This document shows, one piece after another, positions 12,601-25,100 of a DNA stretch of 64,000 nucleotides. Position numbers and translations under genes: made by a program. Within the stretch, counting starts at the first letter, position 1; each line of letters starts with the position of its first letter. The DNA is from Octopus vulgaris (lineage: Eukaryota). The stretch spans positions 182,528,001 through 182,592,000 of the forward strand of contig OX597814.1 of assembly GCA_951406725.2 (NCBI GenBank), written 5' to 3'. Below the pieces are notes generated by a model. That model searched no databases. It was not told where the DNA came from and was given only the letters and a program-made list of their open reading frames with translations.

Positions 12601-13693
12601 TTTGAACATTAATATAAACTGTTGGTCTCTCAACTAATAAACTAACATTGTATGATGACTGGCACCCATGCCAACCTCCCTTCATTGGACGCTTAACTCT
12701 GGTTGCAAAGACCTGTTGGGGCAAGTGAAATTGAAATTGAACCAAATCCTATGACTGGCACCCGGCCGTTGCCAGTGCCGCTGGACTGACTCCTGTTCAG
12801 GTGACAAGTAAAGAAACACGGCTTCGACTCTGTGCTTGAGGAGACCTATTGAGTCAAGTACATCAACATCAAAAATCAATGGAAATTGTAGTTGTGATCC
12901 CTGTGCTGGTGGCATGTAAAAGGCACCTTCCGAACATGGCCAATGCCAGCGCCACCTTGCCTGGCTTCCATGCCGGTTGCACGTAAACAGCACCAACCGA
13001 TCGTGGCCGTTGCCAGCCTCGCCTGGCACCTGTGCCGGTGGCACGTAAAAAGCACTCACTACACTCATGGAGTGGTTGGCATTAGGAAAGGCATCCAGCT
13101 GTAGAAACACTGCCAGATCAGACTGGAGCCTGGTGCAGGCTTCTGGCTTCCCAGACTCTGGTCGAACAGTGTTTCTTTACTTGCCACCTGAACAGGAGTC
13201 AGTCCAGCGGCACTGGCAACGGCCGGGTGCCAGTCATAGGATTTGGTTCAATTTTGATTTCACTTGCCCCAACAGGTTTTCGCAAGCAGAGTTAAGCGTC
13301 CAATGAAGGGAGGTTGGCATGGGTGCCAGTCATCATAGCATGGAAAACAGACGTTAAACGATGATAATGCTGTTGTACTGATCCAACTGAAACTGACTCT
13401 CAATTCCATTTGGTTCAGTAGGATTCAACTGGAATTGCTTCCAATTATTGACACATTATTAGAAACACTTACCTTCTTTGCCAAAATTCCAGTTTTTACT
13501 CACAGGTGCTGTTTCCAGTTTTACTCGCTGACCTGGTAGAGCAGATTCATCAATTATAAAACTGAAGCCATTTCGGTTGAAAATCTCAATACTGATTGGA
13601 GCCTAGTGCAGCCATGTGGTTCGCCAGTCCTCAGTCAAATTGTCCAACCCATGCTAGCATGGAAAGTGGACGTTAAACGATGATGATACATAC

Positions 13694-13757
<64 letters not shown>

Positions 13758-16700
13758 TAGCAGTATCGCCGGCGTTCTTCAGGTCCTTAGAGAAATATGT
13801 GTCCATACTACTATAGGTGCAGGCATAGCCATGCAAAAAAAGTAAATTTTTTTTGAGATTTAAAAAAGGTGGAGTTGCGTCCCCTAGACAGTTTGTGGTT
13901 CGTGTTTCTAATTCTCGACCCCATGTCGAATTTGGGTGGATTTGGTAGCCAGAAACTGAAAAGAAACCTGTCATATCATCATCATCACCGCTTAACGTCC
14001 ACTTTCCATGCTAGCATGGGTTGGACAATTTGACTGAGGACTGGCGAACCAAGTGGCTGCACCAGGCTCCAATCTGATCTGGCAGAGTTTCTACAGCTGG
14101 ATGCCCTTCCTAACACCAGATGAAGTCCACATATATGTATATGTGTGTGTTACTGTCTCCTTTGCCTTGACTTCATGTGAAACTTGTGAATCACCAACAT
14201 GTAAGTGGTGTCCGTTTCCAATCTTCTGTAAAAACATGTCTGATCACGGGCAGTATTACCTTACTTAGCAAGAAGTGAGGGTTGGTGATAGGAAAGGCAT
14301 CCAACTGTAGAAAATCTGCCTCAACAAATTCAGTCAAATGATTGAAACAAGTAAAAGATAGAAGATATCATAAAAAATCAAGTCCAGCTCTCTGCTTCTC
14401 ATCAGCAGTATATGGAATAATCAACAATTTCTAACATTGATCTATATTAGAAGAATGGTATAAACAAATAAATCAACCCCTGAACTTGACTTTTATTTAC
14501 CCCAGCAGGACTTGAACTCAGAATGTAAATGTATCTAAATTCTGTGAAATTATTTTGTCCAATGTAATATAGATTCTACCATCCACTGCCCTTCCACATT
14601 CACCCATTTATACTGCTTCCAAATGCATAACATATTTTATCAACAAAGCACCCACTACACTCTCGGAGTGGTTGGCATTAGGAAGGGCATCCAGCTGTAG
14701 AAACTCTACCAGATCAGATTGGAGTCTGGTTCACCAGACCTCAATCAAATCGTCCAACCCATGCTAGCATGGAAAGCGGACGTTAAACGATGATGATGAT
14801 GATGATGATTAGAAAGCTGAAAGGCCAAGTTAACCCAGGTTGGATTTGAACTTAAAATGTAAAGGGACCTAACCGAATACTGCAAGGCATTTTGTTCAGT
14901 GTTCTAATGATTCTCTCTTCCAAAGCCTTTCAAATGATAAAATAACAGTAATTTTAGCCATCAATTCTACTATACAGGTATTATTATAAGTTGGAGAATA
15001 AATCAGGTAGGTCAGCTGGTCACTCACCGAATCAATTTCTGGCCTTGCATAACTGTGTTTTTCCGCAATTTCTCAAAATTATACTTTTCGTCAGTAGCAT
15101 GTTGATCCACAATGAATAAGTCATCATTTAACCGTGTGATGATAAAGCCAAGGTTGAACTGAAAGAAGTTTAAAAAAACGGCATAAATAATGTTTTTATA
15201 TGTGTGTGCATGCATTTGAATGTGTGTAAATGCATGTGCATTGATGTGCAAATATATGTGTAAATGTGTGTGTGTGTTTGTGTGCATGTGCACATGTGTA
15301 AGTTAAATAGATCATTTGTCAGTTTCCACAAAGAGTATTCTGGGTGTTTTAATCAATGAAACTACATACTGAAACACAGTGCAAGTATACTTACTTTTTT
15401 ACTTTTTACTTGTTTAAGTCATGTGACTGTGGCCATGCTGGAGCACCACCTTTAATCGAGCAAATCGACCCCAGGACTTATTCTTTGTAAGCCTAGTATT
15501 TATTTTATCGGTCACTTTTGCAGAACCGCTAAGTTACAGGGACGTAAACACACCAGCATCAGTTGTCAAGCGATGTTGGGGGGACAAACACAGACACACA
15601 AACACTCACACACACATATATATATACATATATACAATGGGCTTCTTTCAGTCTCCGTCTACCAAATCCACCCCCTGCCAGAGCCTCGTGGAGCTTTAGG
15701 TGTTTTTGCTCAATAAACACTCACAATGCCCGGTCTGGGAATCAAAACCGCGATCCTATGACCGCGAGTTCGCTGCTCTAACCACTGGGCCATTGCGCCT
15801 CCACAATACTTGCTACAGATGATAAATAAAAGGAGCATTTTATAAGCAACAACCAATAAAGATGATCTCAAAATTTACCTGTCCCAAGATCTCCATACTT
15901 TTAAACATACTTTTGTCAATTTGTTTAGCAAGTTCTTCTTCAGCTGATTTGTTTTCATTTGGAGAAATTTTTGCTCGAAAGTTGCGACAAAGATCTTTGG
16001 AAGCATTGTCTTTGTGTTCTCTACGTAATTTTAGTTTCTGACGGAGGAAATCCATAGAAAACGGCACAGTTGTTTCTTTTCTAAATATCTCTGACTCTTC
16101 ATCCTGAAAAAAAAATTAAAATTAAAAAATACGATTTTTTTTTTAAAATGGTTTTCCATCCAACAGACAAAGGCTGGTTCAGGAAGTTTGGAAATTAGCA
16201 TGAATTACTAAAAAAAGTAATTTTTATATCTGGATGATCTTATTCCTAACCATTCAAGAAATGTACAGTGTAGTTGGTATCTATGTCGTGCAGATGGAGA
16301 TAATTAGATTAAAATACCTAAGAGGCTCAATACAAATGCTACTGTGATGTTTCAACTCATGACTACTGTTACTTATCTTTTCTTATTGATTTGTTATTAT
16401 TTGATACATTTCCTGCATTATTCTTATAATGTGAATCAGTGACAATTTATTCTACAACAAAGTAAGAGGGTGATTAAAGCCTGGAATTATTTATATTGAA
16501 TGAACCTACAAAGAGTAAATAATAATAATAATGAAATTAATTGTATACAGTGCTCAGGTGCACCACAACTTGTCAGAAAGTGCATATAAAGTACATGCAG
16601 TAATGTAGAAATGTCTGGAAAGCGAACAATGTATGACTCAGATACATGCTTGTGTGTGTATGGAGGGGAGAAAATCAAGTGTAGTGTTGGCGAATCTCAG

Positions 16701-19700
16701 GAAGCATGGAAGTACAATATGCTTGTTTAAATTCCAGTCAATTCATCACAAGTTTCAGAAGTAAGGGAAATATTCAAAGTTGGGTCCTACACTAATGTAC
16801 AACACAAGTGAAATATTTGGATAGCTTTTATGTAATTGCTCCACCTATATTAAAGGCAGCCAAATGTCTCACAACAATCATCATCATCATCATCATCGTT
16901 TAAAGTCCACTTTCCATACTAGCATGGGTTGGATGATTTGACCGAGGGCTGGCGAACCAGATGGCTGCACCAGGCTTCAATCTTGATCTGGCATAGTTTC
17001 TACAGCTGGATGCCCTTCCTAATGCCAACCACTCCAAGAGTGTAGTTGGTGCTTTTACGTGCCACTGGCACAGGGGCCAGTCAGGCGGTACTGGCAATGA
17101 CCTCACTCGAATCCTTTCACATATGCTACGGGCACTGGTGCCAGTAAGGCGATGCTGGTAACGATTACACTCGAATGATGCCTTTTACATGCCACAGGCA
17201 CGGAGGCCAGTTAGCCGCTCTAGCAACGATCACACTCGGATGGTGCTCTTAGCGTCCTACTAGCAACAGGGCTCAAGTGCCAGTAAGGCGATGCTGGTCA
17301 TCTACTATTTTCAGAACACATTAAAACACAATGTATTTAGAGTGTTTGATTTGTTAGTTACTGTCATGTGATGGATTGATCTTCCTCTATGCCACAGCCC
17401 TACCCATATGGAACCAACAATAATATTATAATAGTTGTAGACTTCACTATTATGGTTTCTCAAAAAAGGTATATAAATAATAACTTACGTATTTTGTAAT
17501 CACTTCACTCTTTTTCACCAGTTCTCTTTCTGTCTCCTGTTCTTGTAACTCAGAAGTTTGTGATTGTGATTCTTCACTTTTATGTTCTTCAGGTGGAGAG
17601 ACCGTATCACAACTATGGTAATAAACTGATAGAGAGGAATAAGATTCTGTTTGGCTTTGTGAAGATTCAGGTTGACTGAGAGATAGTCCTGAATCTGAAA
17701 CAGGCTCAGTTTCATTAGAAGAATGGAATGAGGCTGTGTCTTCATCTTGTACCTGTTTACAATTTTCACCTTGAGAAAGGTCTTTGAAAGTAAAAGAAGA
17801 ATCCAGAAATGGTTCACTGTATGCAAGTTTCTTTGGAGAACTTCCCTCAGATTCCACATTTTCAGTGTCATCTTGTGGCTTTCTTTTCAACCATCTTGAA
17901 AGACTGTTTAATGATTGAGCTTTCTTTAAAGTTGGTGAAGAGCTTGATAATTTTTCTGGAAATAAACCAAAAAGCAATGTTATTTTCCTACTTAAAGACA
18001 TTGAAACTTGTAAGCCTCCTCCAAAAGCAAACACTTTTTTCTTTTATTCATTTCAGAAATGAAGAGTTATTGAGTGTAATAAAAAGTAAAGACAAGGATT
18101 TATACATTCTAAGAGACCTTCAAGAAAACAAAGTTCTCAAAAGATAAATTTCTCAAAGTTGAAATAAGTGCCATGTGGGAAATTACAGTAGTAACAATAC
18201 TAATAATAATCAGAGCACTAAAAATGATAAAAAGAACCTAAAAAGAGCAGAACTTGCAACTTTACACTCAATACAAAGTATAGCTTTGGTAACCATAAAT
18301 ATTCTACAGTATCTTCTCAGTAGGATAATTAACACAATACATTCTTTGCATATAAATATATAACAAAAACGGCATACTATACTCCCTTAACCCTGTTGGC
18401 CTAAATACCCTAAATCAGCAGGAACCTGACAATAAAACAATTATTTGAGAATGATCCTTGGCTTACCATCTATGCAAGAAGTGCAAAAGATTGTTTTAAC
18501 TCGTATGTCACATGTATTAAGAGCATAGTTACAATGAATTTTCTTTCCCTTTTTCCTTTGTTTTCTTTTTTCTCAACCCCCCACTTTCTGTCTTTCTTTT
18601 TCAACCCCTTTTTTTTTTCTATCACACAACTTTACTTTGTAAATGAAGAATCTGGTATGTTTATTTTAATGGCCTACCAATGTATACAGTGATTTTCTTT
18701 GTCCTAAGTGTCAGGAAGACACTCGGCAAGAAATGGAAACAAAATTGAAAGAAGAAAAATAACAACAACAATAATAATAAAAATAATAATAATGTAGCAT
18801 ACATACGTTTTTCATTGTAAAATTTCATAAGGCTTGATGGTGTATTTTCATGAGATTGATGGTTTGAACCAGATGAAGGGGAAGACATTGACCTGCTCAA
18901 GTTGCTAAGTAATTTACTCGGTGTCTATATTCCAGAGATAAAATAAATAAATAAATAAATAAATAAATAACATGATGGTTTTGGCATCACTTTTAGACAA
19001 AGCTTTTTACAAACAAATAAATGGTTTGAGTGGATTGGAATCAATAACAAAAGAGATGATGAGATCATCATCATCTTTTAACATCCGTGTAGGAGTGGCT
19101 GTGTGGTAAGTAGCTTGCTTACCAACCACATGGTTCCAGGTTCAGTCCCACTGCGTGGCACCTTGGGCAAGTGTCTTCTGCTATAGCATCGAGTCGACCA
19201 AAGCCTTGTGAGTGGATTTGGTAGACGGAAACTGAAAGAAGCCCGTCGTATATATGTATACATATATATATGTATGTGTGTGTGTATATGTTTGTGTGTC
19301 TGTGTTTGTCCCCGCAACATTGCTTGGCAATCGATGCTGGTGTGTTTACGTCCCCGTAGCTTAGTGGTTCGGCAAAAGAGACCGATAGAGTAAGTACTAG
19401 GCTTACAAAGAATAAGTCCTGGGGTCGATTTGCTCGACTAAAGGCAGTGCACCAGCATGGCCACAGTCAAAATACTGAAACAAGTAAAAGAGTAAGAGAG
19501 TTTCCATGCTAGAATGGGTTGGATGATTTGACAGAGGACTGGCGAACCAGATGGTTGCACCAGTCTCCAATCTTGATCTGGCAGTTTCTACAGCTGGATG
19601 CCCTTCCTAACGCCAACCACTCCGAGAGTGTAGTGGGTGCTTTTACGTGCCACCGGCACAAGGGCCAGTCAGGCGGTAATGGCAACGGCCATGTCCACCA

Positions 19701-22067
19701 AATAAGTGGTCGATGTAACTGAGAAAAAAACCTCTGCTAGCAAAATTGTTAGCACATCAGGCAAAATGCTTAGTAGCATTTCATTTGTCTTTATGTTCTG
19801 AGTTCAAATTCCACTGAGGTCAAGTTTTTTTGCATTTCTTGGGGTCAATAAAATAAGTACCAGTACAACACTGGGGTCAATAAAATAAGTACCAGTACAA
19901 CACTGGGGTCGATGTAATCAAATTACCCTCTCTCCTGAAATTGCTGGCCTCGTGCGAAAATTTGAAATCATGTTATTCACCTATCTGTTTGTTATTTTAT
20001 ATCTATTTTTATGTAAGAATAAGAGATGGCTTTTGTTGGATGTGGTTAGAATTAGAAAGGGCATCCAACCATAGAAACCATGCTAAAGCAGACACTGGAG
20101 CGCTATGCAGTTCTTGAGCCCATAAAGTCTTATCAAACCATCGAAACAATGCCAATATGGAACATGGACATTAAACAATGATGATGATAGACAGATATAC
20201 ATATTTATAGAATGAGGGAGAGAGAAAAGCTTGTACATCAACTCTTGAGCAGTAAATTTGATACAAGAAACTAAACTGATAATGTATTATGTACATACCT
20301 GCTTAGGACTTGACAATTCTTTTTCACCGCTGTGAATAAATTTTTAAAAGTATTATTTGAGGTGATGCTGAAAAGTTCCTGGCTTTGGGTAAAAGAAAAT
20401 ACAGGAGGATCAGTTAATTATGATTTTATTCAACATATTCCCAGAAATAAAGAAGGAGCTTAACTCCTGGAGTTCTGCGATGCAAATAACCTATTGAACT
20501 GCAACACCACCTTCAGGAAGCCAGCCAGCCACTTGATAACCTATCAATCAGGTGACTCTGCTAGCCAGATTGATTTTATTCTCACCAGACAGCGGGATGC
20601 ATGATTGCTCTTAAATACAAAGACCCTCCCTGGTAAAGAATGTACCCCACAGCATAGACTAGTTATTAGTGGCTTTAGACTCGAGGCCAGAAGGATGTCA
20701 AAAAGCAGACCAATCTGGAAAAGAAGGACTTGGAAGCTTAAGAATCCTTCACATGGTCAGAGATTTAGGGATATCCTTACCAAGAAATTTGAAGAGAGGG
20801 AGGAGGAGCTACAGTCCTGTGACAGAAAGCAGCTAGGAATTCCTGTGAAACAGCATGCTGAGTGCCACAGACCAAATCTATGGCTGGTGCAAAGTCTCTT
20901 CCAGACGTGGGTAACATGGTGGTGGAACAATACCATAGACAGGGCCATTAGAGCAAAGAAACAGGCCTGGAAGAGTGGTAGGTAGCAGGAGACTATCAGA
21001 TAGCCAGAAGGGAAGCTAGGAGTCATGTATAGCCAAGGGAGTAGCAGAAAAGAAGAAGTTTGCCAATGTTCAACAATATGAGGACAACAAAAATTCAAAA
21101 CAGCTTACCTTTCATTAAATTCTCTCTCATGTTTTGCATCAAAATTTAATTGACCTTAAATAAAGACAAAGAATTAAAAAAATAATCATATTTATGATGA
21201 AAATTTTTATGACTTCAAATTACTAAAGACTGAAAATTGTAAAATATTTCTTTTCATTTCTCCATTATTACACAAGAACCATCCTATTGGCCAGTAGAAA
21301 ACCTGTTGTTTTTTTTAGAATCTTTTCCTGAAAGTGAGCAATAGTTAATTTCTCACAAAATAAAAGTTGGATAACAAGAGGAAGAATCAGTAGAGCATCA
21401 GAAAAAATGTCTTGCAGTATTTCTTGCAGCCCTTCACATTCTGAGTTCAAATCGTGCCTTGTTCAACTTTTCCTTTCATCCTTCTGGGATTTCAAAGATT
21501 GACAAAATAAAGTACCTTCAACTACTGTGGTCAATCATCATCATCATCATCGTCTTTTAACGCCTGCTTTCCATGCTGGTATGGGTTGGATGGTTTGACT
21601 GAAAACTGGGAAGCCAGGAGGCTGCACCAGGCTTCAATCTGATTTGGCAAGGTTTCTACGGCTGGATGCCCTTCTTAACGCCAATCACTCCGAGAGTATA
21701 GTGGCTGTTTTTATGCACCTCCGGCATGGGAACCAGTCAGGTGGCACTGGCATCAGCCACGTACAAATGATGCTATTTAGTGTGGCAGGGTTTCAACTAT
21801 CCTCCTCTCCACAAAACACCTGGCCTTGTACCTAGCTTAGAAACAATTAAGAGCAGCAAACTAGCAGGGTCATTAGAGCTTCTAAAAATTATGACCTGTG
21901 ATATCTGTTCCAGCTCTCTACATTCTGAGTTCAAATCCTACTGAGATCAACTTTGCCTTTCATTCTTTTGAGATCAATAAAATAAAATACTAGTCCAAGT
22001 ACTGATGTTCATGGTATCAACTAAACTCTCTCCCTTCAAAATTGCTGGCCTTGTGCCTAAAGCAGAA

Positions 22068-22101
<34 letters not shown>

Positions 22102-25100
22102 TTATTATCATTATGCCACCAAAGTCCATTTTACCTTTCATCCTTTCAGGGTTACTCTTTTACACTTTTACTTGTTTCAGTCATTTGACTGTGGCCATGT
22201 TGGAGCACTGCCTTTAGTCGAGCATATCGACCCCAGGACTTATTCTAGCGGTCTTTTTTGCCGAATTGCTAAGTTACAGGGACATAAACACACCAGCATC
22301 GGTTGTCAAGTTATGTTGGACACACACACATACACATACAACGGGCTTCTTTCAGTTTACATCTACCAAATCCACTCACAAGGCTTTGGTTGGCCTGAGG
22401 CTATAGTAGAAGACACTTGCCCAAGATGCCACGCAGTGGGACTGAACCCAGAACCATGTGGTTGGTAAACAAGCTACTTACCACACAGCCACTCCTACGG
22501 GTTAAAAAAAAATTGTTCCTGTTGGGTACTGGAGTTGATGTAATCGACTAGCCCACTTCCCCAAAATTTCAGGCCTTGTGCCTATAGCAAAATAGATTAT
22601 CATCCATAGTATATGAGCATACCAGCACAAACATCTCTCTTGCACGCCACATCTGATGCTTCTTATGTCCAACTTTTCTCTCAGGGCGCTTACACTCTGT
22701 CGTGTGTGCACACTGACATTACACATCCAGCAGATCTTACTAGCTTCATTTCTTTCGAGCCTACGCATGTCCTCCGCAGTCACAGCCCATGTTGTACTTT
22801 TGGAACCCTTGTCGTTATAACCGATGAAGTGCCAGTTTTATTATCTTAAACTATTATTACCATCCACCACTGACCTATTACCCATCCACTCTCGTTTAAC
22901 ATGGTTAATATCCTGCGACTCACTGAGTTGTTGGAGCACCACAGAAGAGTTGGTCTTCATGAATTGATTCAAAGTTACATACACTGGTATAGCTTCCTGT
23001 TGCTTTTCCCAGTTTCATGGAAAAATTAGCACTTAGCACTGAAAATAAAGGACACCAAATCAATTATACAGTTCACCACTGCTAAGAGTATTGAACTGTA
23101 TCTTGATATGTTCCCCATTTTATAAATGGGTGAACATAGCCACTGAGAGTTCAGCGTTTTTGCTTGGGATACATTGCAGCAACTGATATGGAATATGAAC
23201 AGCTGACATGTCATCTTACAAGTTACAACCATATCAACTTCATCGTCATTGTTCGACCGTGGTCAAGACAATGGAATTTACTATGTTACACCAGACTTCA
23301 CGGTCCATCATAGCATTACGGAGGTCCCGTTGTTGGATACCTGTATCCCTGGAGATTACATCAGGGTAGGAGAGTGTGCACCCTCTGGTATCGGGAACAG
23401 ATGGCTTCCAGAGGAGAAGAGTAGAAATTACCTCGTTTTCAGCTCTACAACAATGTCCAGCAAACTGGACTCTCCTACCTTTCACAAGAGATGATACAGG
23501 TGGTAATTTCCCATATATTTATACTTTGATTGGATGACACTTCCACGAGAGATTTTGAGCTCTCATAAGGAGGCGAGTGTAAGTTCCATCCAACCGCCTC
23601 TCAAGCTTCTTTGATAACGTCAAGGTTTCTGAGCCATATAGTAGAATTGGTTCGACTGTGGCTTTGAAGACTTTAACTTACATAACCTAATTTTAATAAT
23701 CTGAAATTAGTGTTTTTGTTACCCAGTTCCATATTACTTTCACAAAGTAAAATCTATTGTTAGACACAAACCAACAAGGAACTTCTATATAATCACATAC
23801 CCTGCATAGTGTAGTAGTCAAATCTACTCTAGCATGAGGGAACCTGTATGTCATGTGATTTACCAGAAATAACCTACTCTCATAAAACAATAAAGCATTC
23901 AAACAAAGGCAGGATGGTCAGAACAGGAATGTCTGATCTGCTCCATCAGAGCTGACCTACCACTAAACAACAAATTCAATACACTTTATATCAAATGGTC
24001 ACATGTATTAAATCTAAAGTATTAGGAAATTATATCCCACAATAAAAGCAGTGTAGCAGCACAAGCAGTCAGCACCATATTGGATGAGATCTTGCAGCAG
24101 CCATTGCCATCTCCGAGACTGAAGCGAGACCTCACCTCCATTCATTTGATCACAACGAGGCTCATGATAGCAAACTGTATATAAGGGCAAAACAGAAACA
24201 GATTCATTCTCTCTCTCCACTTCTTCGCAGCAGCACTTGCTGAGCACACTTCACTGGCTGGGCCTGTCTGCATGTTGTACCTCCAGAGGTAATGTGCCCG
24301 CACTAATCGAGATACAACACGACGCACACAGCTTGAGATGGTTGCTGAGAGCAACACACTTTACCTATTCTGTCAAACTTGTAAATAAACTGGTTGTAAA
24401 TTGCATTTGTATTTAAAGACTTCTTTCTTCGCTTGCAGGAGCCTGAACTACACGAAGAACAAACTATAATGGGAGAAGGTGATATTCTCCCGATTTTGTA
24501 AACCTTGCCTTCCATTATAGCAGGATGACCATGGCTAGAATGCTTACTCAATGATGTATATGATTGATTACTTTTGTGTTATAGCAATACATGAAGTTCC
24601 TAAAATCTGATGTGAATTATCATCAATTTCACTGGATTTTAGACTTTACTCTCCCTGCTCAAACAGGAGCTGACCTTAACTCTCAATAATAACTATTTGG
24701 TCACACAGTTCATTACCCTTTATCTTCATCATATATCATTATAGCCACTTCTAACATCTGGCGTTTTGCAAGGAGGTTAAGCAACTTAAAAATATTAGAA
24801 TTTCAAGATCAATACTAAGAAATTAACTAAATTGCATTACCTTTCATAGAAATACTTGTACAAATAGCAGACATTGGTTCATAAAGTGCCAACAGTGAAG
24901 CCTGAAATAGAAAAAGGGTTTTAGTGAACTGTGCAAAAATTGCAGATTTCATACAAAATTATGTGAACTTGTGTTATAAATTTAGCAAAGGAAAACGTCA
25001 GGTCTTTGGAGAATGTTTATAAGAGCAAGTATATCTGTATGGTAAAAATCACTTCACAACATTGCGTTTCTGGGTCCAAACCCACTGTCTTGGGTAAGTA

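Noticed and set aside
19089-19160. tRNA-like sequences with A/B boxes
   Set aside because: These are SINE heads; there is no complete cloverleaf and they run into SINE bodies.
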